64,000 bases of DNA from Eledone cirrhosa (taxonomy: Eukaryota). The stretch is from contig OZ024743.1 of assembly GCA_964016885.1 (NCBI GenBank), positions 137,330,001 to 137,394,000 of the forward strand, in the 5' to 3' direction. The stretch's first letter is position 1. Each line of letters starts with the position of its first letter. Shown piece by piece: positions 17,001 to 32,100 of the stretch. A program made the translations under genes and the position numbers. The notes beneath the pieces are model-generated. The model saw only the letters and a list, made by a program, of their open reading frames with translations, was not told where the DNA came from and did not search any database.

Positions 17001-18591
17001 AGGCACCAGGCACCAAGCACCAAACACCAAACACCAAGCACGCAGCATCAAACACCAAGCACCAAGCACAAAGCACCAAACACCAAGCACCAAGCACCAA
17101 GCACCAAGCACCAAACACCAAACACCAAGCACCAAAGACCAGCCACCATGCACCAAGCACCAAACACCAAACACCAAGCACTAAGCACCAAACACCAAAC
17201 AACAAGCACCAGGCACCAAGCACCAAACACCAAACACCAAGCACGCATCACCAAGCACCAAGCACCAAGCACCAAACACCAAGCACCAAGCACCAAGCAC
17301 CAAACACCAAACACCAAACACCAAGCACCAAGCACCAAACACCAAGCACCAAACACCAAACCCCAAGCACCAATCACAAAACACTAATCACCAAGCACCA
17401 AGCACCAAACACCGAGCACCAAGCATCAAGCACCAAACACCAAGCACCAAGCACCAAGCACCAAGCACCAAACACCAAACACCAAGCACCAAACACCAAA
17501 CCCCAAGCACCAAAGACCAAGCACCAAGCACCAAGGACCAAACACCAAGCACCAAGGACCAAGCAACAAACACCAAGCACCAAGCACCAAACACCCAGCA
17601 CCAAGCACCAAGCACCAAACACCAAACACCAAGCACGCAGCATCAAACACCAAGCACCAAGCACCAAGCACCAAGCACCAATTACCAAACACCAACGACC
17701 AAGCACCAAACACCAAACACCAATCACCAAGCACCAAGCACGAAACACCAGGCACCAAGTACCAAGTACCAAACACCAAACACCAAGCACCAAACACCAG
17801 CCACCAAGCACCAAGCACCAAACACCAAACACCAAGCACTAAGCACCAAACACCAAACAGCAAGCACCAGGCACCAAGCACCAAACACCAAGCACCAAGC
17901 AGCAAACACCAAGCACCAAGACCGAAGCACCAAACACCAAGCACCAAGCACAAAGCACCAAGCACCAAGCACCAAAAACCAAACACCAAGCACCAAGTAC
18001 CAAACACCAAGCACCAAGCACCAAACACCAAGCACCAAGCACCAATAACCAAACACCAAGAACCAAGCACCAAACACCAAGCACCAAGCACCAAGCACCA
18101 GGCACCAAGCACCAAGCACCAAACACAAAACACCAAGCACCAAGAACCAAGCAGCAAACACCAAGCATCAAACACCAAACACCAAACACCAAGCACCAAA
18201 CACCAAGCACCAAGCACCAAACACCAAACACCAAGCACCAAGCACCAAGCACCAAACACCAAACACCAAGCACCAAGACCGAAGCACCAAACACCAAGCA
18301 CCAAGCACAAAGCACCAAGCACCAAGCAACAAAAACCAAACACCAAGCACCAAGTACCAAACACCAAGCACCAAGCACCAAACACCAAGCACCAAGCACC
18401 AATCACCAAACTCCAAGAACCAAGCACCAAATACCAAGCACCAAGCACCAAGCACCAGGCACCAAGCACCAAGCACCAAACACAAAACACTAAGCACCAA
18501 GAACCAAGCAGCAAACACCAAGCATCAAACACCAAACACCAAACACCAAGCACCAAACACCAAGCACCAAGCACCAAACACCAAACACCAA
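6833..18591 (+). repeat. Tandem duplication of a ~5.9 kb block (~6833-12726 and ~12727-18591)
   Basis: Offsets 5894 (6927/12821, 8341/14235), 5837 (10245/16082, 11311/17148) and 5865 (11859/17724). Private markers ACCGCAA (10571/16408), ACACGTA and TAACCAA in both copies. Confidence 0.9.
12040..12726 (+). repeat. Nested 357-bp (51 monomer) tandem duplication, repeated at ~17905-18591
   Basis: GACCGAA marker at 12055/12412 and 17920/18277, followed by the same variant series. Confidence 0.85.
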
Positions 18592-20376
18592 GCACCAAGC
18601 ACCAAGCACCAAACACCAAACACCAAGCACCAAACACCAGATACCAAGCACCAAGCACCAAACACCAAACTCCAAGCACCAAGCACCAAACACCAAACAA
18701 CAAGCACCAGGCACCAAACACCAAACACCAAGCACCAAGCACCAAACACCAAACACCAAGCACGCAGCATCAAACACCAAGCACCAAGCACCAAGCACCA
18801 AATACCAAGCACCAAGCACCAAACACCAACCACCAAACACAAAGCACCAAGCACCAAACACCAAGCACCAAGCAACAAACACCAAGCACCAAGCACCAAA
18901 CACCAAACCCCAAGCACCAAGCACCAAACACTAATCACCAAGCACCAAGCACCAAACAACAAGCACCAAGCACCAGGCACCATGCAGCAAGCACCAAACA
19001 CTAATCACCAAGCACCAAGCACCAAGCACCAAACACCAAGCACCAAGCACCAAACACCAAACACCAAGATCCAAAGACCAAGCACCAAGCCCCAAGCACC
19101 AAGCACCAAAAAATAAGCACCAAGCACCAAACACCAAGCACCAAGCACCAAACACCAACCACCCAGCACCAAGCACCAAGCACCAAACACCAAGCACCAA
19201 ACACCAAACACCAAGCACCAAGCACCAAGCGCCAAGCACCAAACACCAAGCCCCAAGCACTAAGCACCAAACACCAAGCCCCAAGCAGCAAGCACCAAAC
19301 ACCAAACACCAAGCACCAAGCACCAAACACCAAGCACCAAGCACCAAGCACCTAGCACCAAACACCAAACACCAAGCACCAAGCACCAAACACCAATCAC
19401 CAAGCACCAAACACCAAGCAGCAAGCAGCAAGCACCAAGCACCAAACACCAAGCACCAAGCACCAAGCCCCTAGCACCAAACACCAAACCCCAAGCACCA
19501 AGCACGCATCACCAAACACCAAGCACCAAGCACCAAGCACCAAAAACCAAGCACCAAGCACCAAGCACCAAAAACCAAACACCAAACACCGAGCACCAAG
19601 AACCAAACACCAAACACCAAACAGCAAACACCAAGCACCAAGCACGAAACACCAGGCACCAAGCACCAAGTACCAAACACCAAACACCAAGCACCAAACA
19701 CCAGCCACCAAGCACCAAGCACCAAACACCAAACACCAAGCACTAAGCACCAAACACCAAACAGCAAGCACCAGGCACCAAGCACCAAACACCAAACACC
19801 AAGCACGCAGCACCAAACACCAAGCACCAAGCACCAAGCACCAAATACCAAACACCAAGCACCAAGCACCAAGAATCAAACACCAAACACCAAACAGCAA
19901 GCACCAAGCACCAAACACCAAGCACCAAACACGAAACACCAAGCACTAAGCACCAAACACCAAACAACAAGCACCAGGCACCAAGCACCAAACACCAAAC
20001 ACCAAGCACGCAGCACCAAACACCAAGCACCAAGCACCAAGCACCAAACACCAAGCACCAATCACCAAACCCCAAGCACCAAGCACCAAATACCAAGCAC
20101 CAGGCACCAACCAGCAAACACCAAGCACCAAGCACCAAACACCAAGCACCAAACACAAAGCACCAAGCACCAAACACCAAACCCCAAGCACCAAACACCA
20201 AACCTCAAGCACCAAGCACAAAACACTAATCACCAAGCACCAAGCACCAAACAACAAGCACCAAGCACCAAGCACCAGGCACCAAGCACCAAGCACCAAA
20301 CACTAATCACCAAGCACCAACCACCAAGCACCAAACACCAAGCACCAAGCACCAAGCACAAAACACCAAGCACCAA

Positions 20377-23013
20377 GCACCAAACACCAAACACCAAGCA
20401 CCAAAGACCAAGCACGAAGCACCAAGCACCAAGCACCAAACAATAAGCACCAAGCACCAAGCACCAAACACCAAGCACCAAGCACCATGCACCAAGCACC
20501 AAGCACTAAGCACCAAACACCAAGCCCCAAGCACCAAGCACCAAACACCAAACACCAAGCACCAAGCACCAAACACCAAGCACCAAGCACCATGCACCTA
20601 GCACCAAACACCAAACACCAAGCACCAAGCACCAAACACCAAGCACCAATCACCAAGCACCAAACACCAAGCAGCAAGCACCAAACACCAAGCACCAAAC
20701 ACCAAGCACCAAGCACCAAGCACCAAACACCAAGCACCAGCCACCAAGCACCAAACACCAAGCACCATGCACCAAGCACCAAGCCCCAAACACTTAACAC
20801 CAAGCACCAAGCACCAAGCACCAAACACCAATTACCAAAAACCAAACACCAAGCACCAAGTACCAAACACCAAGCACCAAGCACCAAACACCAAGCACCA
20901 AGCACCAATCACCAAACACCAAGAACCAAGCACCAAACACCAAGCACCAAGGACCAAACATCAAACACCAAGCACCAAGCACCAAACACCTAACACCAAG
21001 CACCAAGCACCAAGCACCGAACACCAAGCACATAACACCAAGCACCAAACACCAAGCACCAAGCACCAAACACCAAGCACCAAACACCAAGCACCAAGCA
21101 CCAAACACCAAGCACCAGGCACCAAGCACCAAACACCAAGCACCATGCACCAAGCACCAAGCCCCAAACACTTAACACCAAGACCAAGCACCAAGCACCA
21201 AACACCAATCACCAAAAACCAAACACCAAGCACCAAGTACCAAACACCAAGCACCAAGCACCAAACACCAAGCACCAAGCACCAATCACCAAACACCAAG
21301 AACCAAGCACCATACACCAAGCACCAAGCACCAAGCACCAGGCACCAAGCACCAAGCACCAAACACAAAACACCAAGCACCAAGCACCAAGCAGCAAACA
21401 CCAAGCATCAAACACCAAACACCAAACACCAAGCACCAAACACCAAGCACCAAGCACCAAACACCAAACACCAAGCACCAAGCACCAATCACCAAACAAC
21501 AAACACCAAGCACCAAACACCAGATATCAAGCACCAAGCACCAAACCCCAAGCACCAATTACCAAACACTAATCACCAAGCACCAAGCACCAAACACCGA
21601 GCACCACACACCAAGCACCAAGCACCAAACACCAAACCCCAACCACCATAGACCAAGCACCAAGCACCAAAGAACAAACACCAAGCACCAAACACCAAAC
21701 ACCAAGCACCAAAGACCAAGCACGAAGCACCAAGCACCAAGCACCAAACAATAAGCACCAAGCACCAAGCACCAAACACCAAGCACCAAGCACCATGCAC
21801 CAAGCACCAAGCACTAAGCACCAAACACCAAGCCCCAAGCACCAAGCACCAAACACCAAACACCAAGCACCAAGCACCAAACACCAAGCACCAAGCACCA
21901 TGCACCTAGCACCAAACACCAAACACCAAGCACCAAGCACCAAACACCAAGCACCAATCACCAAGCACCAAACACCAAGCAGCAAGCACCAAACACCAAG
22001 CACCAAACACCAAGCACCAAGCACCAAGCACCAAACACCAAGCACCAGCCACCAAGCACCAAACACCAAGCACCATGCACCAAGCACCAAGCCCCAAACA
22101 CTTAACACCAAGCACCAAGCACCAAGCACCAAACACCAATTACCAAAAACCAAACACCAAGCACCAAGTACCAAACACCAAGCACCAAGCACCAAACACC
22201 AAGCACCAAGCACCAATCACCAAACACCAAGAACCAAGCACCAAACACCAAGCACCAAGGACCAAACATCAAACACCAAGCACCAAGCACCAAACACCTA
22301 ACACCAAGCACCAAGCACCAAGCACCGAACACCAAGCACATAACACCAAGCACCAAACACCAAGCACCAAGCACCAAACACCAAGCACCAAACACCAAGC
22401 ACCAAGCACCAAACACCAAGCACCAGGCACCAAGCACCAAACACCAAGCACCATGCACCAAGCACCAAGCCCCAAACACTTAACACCAAGACCAAGCACC
22501 AAGCACCAAACACCAATCACCAAAAACCAAACACCAAGCACCAAGTACCAAACACCAAGCACCAAGCACCAAACACCAAGCACCAAGCACCAATCACCAA
22601 ACACCAAGAACCAAGCACCATACACCAAGCACCAAGCACCAAGCACCAGGCACCAAGCACCAAGCACCAAACACAAAACACCAAGCACCAAGCACCAAGC
22701 AGCAAACACCAAGCATCAAACACCAAACACCAAACACCAAGCACCAAACACCAAGCACCAAGCACCAAACACCAAACACCAAGCACCAAGCACCAATCAC
22801 CAAACAACAAACACCAAGCACCAAACACCAGATATCAAGCACCAAGCACCAAACCCCAAGCACCAATTACCAAACACTAATCACCAAGCACCAAGCACCA
22901 AACACCGAGCACCACACACCAAGCACCAAGCACCAAACACCAAACCCCAACCACCATAGACCAAGCACCAAGCACCAAAGAACAAACACCAAGCACCAAA
23001 CACCAAACACCAA
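20377..23013 (+). repeat. Tandem higher-order repeat, period 1308 bp (187 monomers minus 1 bp), 2 copies
   Basis: Identical ORFs 20487/21795, 20767/22075, 20794/22102, 21209/22517. The 6-bp monomer GACCAA occurs at 21182 and 22490. Confidence 0.93.
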
Positions 23014-26000
23014 ACACCAAACACCAAGCACCAAGCACTAAACAGCAAGCACCAAACACCAAACACCAAACAGCAAACACCAAACAGCAAACACCAAACA
23101 CCAAACAGCAAACAGCAAACGCCAAACACCAAGCACCAAGCACCAAGCACCAAACACCAAGCACCAAGCACCAAGCACAAAACACCAAACACCAAGCACC
23201 AAGGACCAAACATCAAACACCAAACACCAAGCACCAAACACCAAACACCAAGCACCAAACACCAAGCACCAAACACCAAGCACCAAACACCAAGCACCAA
23301 ACACCAAACACCAAGCACCAAGCACCAAGCACCAAACACCAAGTACCAAACACCAAGCACCAAACACCAAGTCCCACGCACCAAGCAGCAAACACCAAGC
23401 ACCAAGCCCCAAACACCAAACACCAAGCACCAAGCACCAAGCCCCTAGCACCAAACACCAAACCCCAAGCACCAAGCACGCATCACCAAACACCAAGCAC
23501 CAAGCACCAAGCACCAAAAACCAAGCACCAAGCACCAAGCACCAAAAACCAAACACCAAACACCGAGCACCAAGAACCAAACACCAAACACCAAACAGCA
23601 AACACCAAGCACCAAGCACCAAACACCAAGCACCAAGCACCAAACACCAACCACCCAGCACCAAGCACCAAGCACCAAACACCAAACCACAAGCACCAAA
23701 CACCAAACCCCAAGCACCAAGCACCAAACACTAATCACCAAGCACCAAGCACCAAACAACAAGCACCAAGCACCAAGCACCAGGCACCAAGTACCAAGCA
23801 CCAAACACTAATCACCAAGCACCAAGCACCAAGCACCAAACACCAAGCACCAAGCACCAAGCACAAAATACCAAGCACCAAGCACCAAACACCAAACACC
23901 AAGCACCAAAGACCAAGCACGAAGCACCAAGCACCAAGCACCAAACAATAAGCACCAAGCACCAAGCACCAAACACCAAGCACCAAGCACCAAACACCAA
24001 CCACCCAGCACCAAGCACCAAGCACCAAACACCAGGCACCAAACACTAAACACCAAACACCAAGCACCAAGCACCAAGCACCAAACACCAAGCACCAAGC
24101 ACTAAGCACCAAACACCAAGCCCCAAGCACCAAGCACCAAACACCAAACACCAAGCACCAAGCACCAAACACCAAGCAGCAAGCAGCAAGCACCAAACAC
24201 CAAACACCAAGCACCAAGCACCAAACACCAAGCACCAAGCACCAAACACCAAACACCAAGCACCAAAGACCAAGCACGAAGCACCAAGCACCAAGCACCA
24301 AACAATAAGCACCAAGCACCAAGCACCAAACACCAAGCACCAAACACCAAGCCCCAAGCACCAAGCACCAAACACCAAACACCAAGCACCAAGCACCAAA
24401 CACCAAGCACCAAGCACCATGCACCTAGCACCAAACACCAAACACCAAGCACCAAGCACCAAACACCAAGCACCAATCACCAAGCACCAAACACCAAGCA
24501 GCAAGCAGCAAGCACCAAACACCAAACACCAAGCACCAAGCACCAAACACCAAGCACCAAGGACCAAACATCAAACACCAAGCACCAAGCACCAAACACC
24601 TAACACCAAGCACCAAGCACCAAGCACCAAGCACCGAACACCAAGCACATAACACCAAGTACCAAACACCAAGCACCAAGCACCAAACACCAAGCACCAA
24701 ACACCAAGCACCAAGCACCAAACACCAACCACCCAGCACCAAGCACCAAGCACCAAACACCAGGCACCAAACACTAAACACCAAACACCAAGCACCAAGC
24801 ACCAAGCACCAAACACCAAGCACCAAGCACTAAGCACCAAACACCAAGCCCCAAGCACCAAGCACCAAACACCAAACACCAAGCACCAAGCACCAAACAC
24901 CAAGCACCAAGCACCAACCACCATGCACCTAGCACCAAACACCAAACACCAAGCACCAAGCACCAAACACCAAGCACCAATAACCAAGCACCAAACACCA
25001 AGCAGCAAGCAGCAAGCACCAAACACGAAACACCAAGCACCAAGCACCAAACACCAAGCACCAAGGACCAAACATCAAACACCAAGCACCAAGCACCAAA
25101 CACCTAACACCAAGCACCAAGCACCAAGCACCAAGCACCGAACACCAAGCACCAAACACCAAGCACCAAGCACCAAGCACCAAACACCAAGCACCAGGCA
25201 CCAAGCACCAAACACCAAGCACCATGCACCAAGCACCAAACACCAAGCACCATGCACCAAGCACCAAGCCCCAAACACTTAACACCAAGCACCAAGCACC
25301 AAGCACCAAACACCAATCACCCAAAACCAAACACCAAACACCAAACAGCAAGCACCAAGCACCAAACACCAAGCACCAAACACCAAACCCCAAGCACCAA
25401 TTACCAAACACTAATCACCAAGCACCAAGCACCAAACACCGAGCACCACACACCAAGCACCAAGCACCAAACACCAAACCCCAACCACCATAGACCAAGC
25501 ACCAAGCACCAAAGAACAAACACCAAGCACCAAACACCAAACACCAAACACCAAACACCAAGCACCAAGCACTAAACAGCAAGCACCAAACACCAAACAC
25601 CAAACAGCAAACACCAAACAGCAAACACCAAACACCAAACAGCAAACAGCAAACGCCAAACACCAAGCACCAAGCACCAAGCACCAAACACCAAGCACCA
25701 AGAACCAAGCACAAAACACCAAACACCAAGCACCAAGGACCAAACATCAAACACCAAGCACCAAGCACCAAACACCAAACACCAAGCACCAAACACCAAG
25801 CACCAAACACCAAGCACCAAACACCAAGCACCAAACACCAAACACCAAGCACCAAGCACCAAGCACCAAACACCAAGTACCAAACACCAAGCACCAAACA
25901 CCAAGTCCCACGCACCAAGCAGCAAACACCAAGCACCAAGCCCCAAGCACCAAACACCAAGCACCAAGCACCAAGCCCCTAGCACCAAACACCAAACCCC

Positions 26001-29000
26001 AAGCACCAAGCACGCATCACCAAACACCAAGCACCAAGCACCAAGCACCAAAAACCAAGCACCAAGCACCAAGCACCAAAAACCAAACACCAAACACCGA
26101 GCACCAAGAACCAAACACCAAACACCAAACAGCAAACACCAAGCACCAAGCACGAAACACCAGGCACCAAGCACCAAGTACCAAACACCAAACACCAAGC
26201 ACCAAACACCAGCCACCAAGCACCAAGCACCAAACACCAAACACCAAGCACTAAGCACCAAACACCAAACAGCAAGCACCAGGCACCAAGCACCAAACAC
26301 CAAACACCAAGCACGCAGCACCAAACACCAAGCACCAAGCACCAAGCACCAAACACCAAACACCAAGCACCAAGCACCAAGAATCAAACACCAAACACCA
26401 AACAGCAAGCACCAAGCACCAAACACCAAGCACCAAACACGAAACACCAAGCACTAAGCACCAAACACCAAACAACAAGCAACAGGCACCAAGCACCAAA
26501 CACCAAACACCAAGCACGCAGCACCAAACACCAAGCACCAAGCACCAAGCACCAAACACCAAGCACCAAGCACCAAGCACCAAACACCAAACACAAAACA
26601 CCAAGCACCAAGAACCAAACACCAAACACCAAACAGCAGGCACCAAGCACCAAACACCAAGCACCAATCACCAAACACTAATCACCAAGCACCACACCCC
26701 AAACACCAAGCACCAAGCAGCAACCACCAAACACCAAGCACCAAGCACCAAACACCAAGCACCAAACACCAAGCACCAAGCACCAAACACCAAACCCCAA
26801 GCACCAAAGACCAAGCACCAAGCACCAAGAACCAAAAACCAAGCACCAAGCACCAAACACCAAGCACCAAGCACCAAACACCCAACACCAAGCTCCAAGC
26901 ACCAAACACCAAGCACCAAGCACCAAACACCAAACACCAAACACCAAGCATCAAGCACCAAACAGCAAGCACCAAACACCAAGCACCAAACACCAAGCAC
27001 CAAACACAAAGTCCCATGCACCAAGCACCAAACACCAAACACCAAGCACCAAGCACCAAACACCAAGCACCAAGCACCAAGCCCCTAGCACCAAACACCA
27101 AACACCAAGCAAAAAGCACAAAACACCAAGCACCAATCACCAAGCACCAAACACCAAGCAGCAAGCAGCAAGCACCAAACACGAACGACCAAGCAACAAG
27201 CACCAAATACCAAACACCAAGCACCAAGGACCAAACATCAAACACCAAGCACCAAGCACCAAACGCCTAACACCAAGCACCAAGCACCAAGCACCAAGCA
27301 CCAAACACCAAGCACCAATCACCAAACACCAAGCACCAAGCACCAAATACCAAGCACCAGGCACCAAGCAGCAAACACCAAGCACCAAGCACCAAACACC
27401 AAGCACCAAACACAAAGCACCAAGCACCAAACACCAAACCCCAAGCACCAAACACCAAACCTCAAGCACCAAGCACAAAACACTAATCACCAAGCACCAA
27501 GCACCAAACAACAAGCACCAAGCACCAAGCACCAGGCACCAAGCACCAAGCACCAAACACTAATCACCAAGCACCAACCACCAAGCACCAAACACCAAGC
27601 ACCAAGCACCAAGCACAAAACACCAAGCACCAAGCACCAAACACCAAACACCAAGCACCAAAGACCAAGCACGAAGCACCAAGCACCAAGCACCAAACAA
27701 TAAGCACCAAGCACCAAGCACCAAACACCAAGCACCAAGCACCATGCACCAAGCACCAAGCACTAAGCACCAAACACCAAGCCCCAAGCACCAAGCACCA
27801 AACACCAAACACCAAGCACCAAGCACCAAACACCAAGCACCAAGCACCAAACACCAAGCACCAATCACCAAGCACCAAACACCAAGCAGCAAGCACCAAA
27901 CACCAAGCACCAAACACCAAGCACCAAGCACCAAGCACCAAACACCAAGCACCAGGCACCAAGCACCAAACACCAACACCATGCACCAAGCACCAAGCCC
28001 CAAACACTTAACAACAAGCACCAAGCACCAAGCACCAAACACCAATCACCAAAAACCAAACACCAAGCACCAAGTACCAAACACCAAGCACCAAGCACCA
28101 AACACCAAGCACCAAGCACCAATCACCAAACACCAAGAACCAAGCACCAAACACCAAGCACCAAGGACCAAACATCAAACACCAAGCACCAAGCACCAAA
28201 CACCTAACACCAAGCACCAAGCACCAAGCACCGAACACCAAGCACATAACACCAAGCACCAAACACCAAGCACCAAGCACCAAACACCAAGCACCAAACA
28301 CCAAGCACCAAGCACCAAACACCAAGCACCAGGCACCAAGCACCAAACACCAAGCACCATGCACCAAGCACCAAGCCCCAAACACTTAACACCAAGCACC
28401 AAGCACCAAGCACCAAACACCAATCACCAAAAACCAAACACCAAGCACCAAGTACCAAACACCAAGCACCAAGCACCAAACACCAAGCACCAAGCACCAA
28501 TCACCAAACACCAAGAACCAAGCACCATACACCAAGCACGAAGCACCAGGCACCAAGCACCAAGCACCAAACACAAAACACCAAGCACCAAGCACCAAGC
28601 AGCAAACACCAAGCATCAAACACCAAACACCAAACACCAAGCACCAAACACCAAGCACCAAGCACCAAACACCAAACACCAAGCACCAAGCACCAAGCAT
28701 CAAACAACAAACACCAAGCACCAAACACCAGATATCAAGCACCAAGCACCAAACACCAAACACCAAGCACCAAGCACCAAACACCAAACAACAAGCCCCA
28801 GGCACCAAGCACCAAACACCAAACACCAAACACCAAGCACGCAGCATCAAACACCAAGCACCAAGCACCAAGCACCAAACACCAAGCACCAAGCACCAAA
28901 CACCAAGCACCAAACACAAAGCACCAAGCACCAAACACCAAGCACCAAGCACCAAACACCAAGCACCAAGCACCAAACACCAAACCACAAGCACCAAACA

Positions 29001-29109
29001 CCAAACCCCAAGCACCAAGCACCAAACACTAATCACCAAGCACCAAGCACCAAACAACAAGCACCAAGCACCAAGCACCAGGCACCAAGCACCAAGCACC
29101 AAACACTAA

Positions 29110-32100
29110 TCACCAAGCACCAAGCACCAAGCACCAAACACCAAGCACCAAGCACCAAGCACAAAATACCAAGCACCAAGCACCAAACACCAAACACCAA
29201 GCACCAAAGACCAAGCACGAAGCACCAAGCACCAAGCACCAAACACCAACCACCCAGCACCAAGCACCAAGCACCAAACACCAGGCACCAAACACTAAAC
29301 ACCAAACACCAAGCACCAAGCACCAAGCACCAAACACCAAGCACCAAGCACTAAGCACCAAACACCAAGCCCCAAGTACCAAGCACCAAACACCAAACAC
29401 CAAGCACCAAGCACCAAACACCAAGCAGCAAGCAGCAAGCACCAAACACCAAACACCAAGCACCAAGCACCAAACACCAAGCACCAAGCACCAAACACCA
29501 AACACCAAGCACCAAAGACCAAGCACGAAGCACCAAGCACCAAACACCAAACAATAATCACCAAGCACCAAGCACCAAACACCAAGCACCAAACACCAAG
29601 CCCCAAGCACCAAGCACCAAACACCAAACACCAAGCACCAAGCACCAAACACCAAGCACCAAGCACCATGCACCTAGCACCAAACACCAAACACCAAGCA
29701 CCAAGCACCAAACACCAAGCACCAATCACCAAGCACCAAACACCAAGCAGCAAGCAGCAAGCACCAAACACCAAACACCAAGCACCAAGCACCAAACACC
29801 AAGCACCAAGGACCAAACATCAAACACCAAGCACCAAGCACCAAACACCTAACACCAAGCACCAAGCACCAAGCACCAAGCACCGAACACCAAGCACATA
29901 ACACCAAGCACCAAACACCAAGCACCAAGCACCAAACACCAAGCACCAAACACCAAGCACCAAGCACCAAACACCAACCACCCAGCACCAAGCACCAAGC
30001 ACCAAACACCAGGCACCAAACACTAAACACCAAACACCAAGCACCAAGCACCAAGCACCAAACACCAAGCACCAAGCACTAAGCACCAAACACCAAGCCC
30101 CAAGCACCAAGCACCAAACACCAAACACCAAGCACCAAGCACCAAACACCAAGCAACAAGCACCATGCACCTAGCACCAAACACCAAACACCAAGCACCA
30201 AGCACCAAACACCAAGCACCAATAACCAAGCACCAAACACCAAGCAGCAAGCAGCAAGCACCAAACACGAAACACCAAGCACCAAGCACCAAACACCAAG
30301 CACCAAGGACCAAACATCAAACACCAAGCACCAAGCACCAAACACCTAACACCAAGCACCAAGCACCAAGCACCAAGCACCGAACACCAAGCACCAAACA
30401 CCAAGCACCAAGCACCAAGCACCAAACACCAAGCACCAGGCACCAAGCACCAAACACCAAGCACCATGCACCAAGCACCAAACACCAAGCACCATGCACC
30501 AAGCACCAAGCCCCAAACACTTAACACCAAGCACCAAGCACCAAGCACCAAACACCAATCACCAAAAACCAAACACCAAGCACCAAGTACCAAACACCAA
30601 GCACCAAGCACCAAACACCAAGCACCAAGCACCAATCACCAAACACCAAGAACCAAGCACCATACACCAAGCACCAAGCACCAAGGACCAGGCACCAAGC
30701 ACCAAGCAGCAAACACCAAGCATCAAACACCAAACACCAAACACCAAGCACCAAACACCAAGCACCAAGCACCAAACACCAAACACCAAGCACCAAGCAC
30801 CAAGCACCAAACAACAAACACCAAGCACCAAACACCAGATATCAAGCACCAAGCACCAAACACCAAACACCAAGCACCAAGCACCAAACACCAAACAACA
30901 AGCACCAGGCACCAAGCACCAAACACCAAACACCAAGCACCAAGCACCAAACACCAAACACCAAGCACGCAGCATCAAACACCAAGCACCAAGCACCAAG
31001 CACCAAACACCAAGCACCAAGCACCAAATACCAAGCACCAAACACAAAGCACCAAGCACCAAACACCAAGCACCAAGCACCAAACACCAAGCACCAAGCA
31101 CCAAACACCAAACCACAAGCACCAAACACCAAACCCCAAGCACCAAGCACCAAACACTAATCACCAAGCACCAAGCACCAAACAACAAGCACCAAGCACC
31201 AAGCACCAGGCACCAAGCACCAAGCACCAAACACTAATCACCAAGCACCAAGCACCAAGCACCAAACACCAAGCACCAAGCACCAAGCACTAAATACCAA
31301 GCACCAAACCAAACACCAAACACCAAGCACCAAAGACCAAGCACGAAGCACCAAGCACCAAACAATAAGCACCAAGCACCAAGCACCAAACACCAAGCAC
31401 CAAGCACCAAACACCAACCACCCAGCACCAAGCACCAAGCACCAAACACCAGGCACCAAACACTAAACACCAAACACCAAGCACCAAGAACCAAGCACCA
31501 AACACCAAGCACCAAGCACTAAGCACCAAACACCAAGCCCCAAGCACCAAGCACCAAACACCAAACACCAAGCACCAAGCACCAAACACCAAGCAGCAAG
31601 CAGCAAGCACCAAACACCAAACACCAAGCACCAAGCACCAAACACCAAACACCAAGCACCAAAGACCAAGCACGAAGCACCAAGCACCAAGCACCAAACA
31701 ATAATCACCAAGCACCAAGCACCAAACACCAAGCACCAAACACCAAGCCCCAAGCACCAAGCACCAAACACCAAACACCAAGCACCAAGCACCAAACACC
31801 AAGCACCAACCACCATGCACCTAGCACCAAACACCAAACACCAAGCACCAAGCACCAAACACCAAGCACCAATCACCAAGCACCAAACACCAAGCAGCAA
31901 GCAGCAAGCACCAAACACCAAACACCAAGCACCAAGCACCAAACACCAAGCACCAAGGACCAAACATCAAACACCAAGCACCAAGCACCAAGCACCAAGC
32001 ACCGAACACCAAGCACATAACACCAAGCACCAAACACCAAGCACCAAGCACCAAACACCAAGCACCAAACACCAAGCACCAAGCACCAAACACCAACCAC

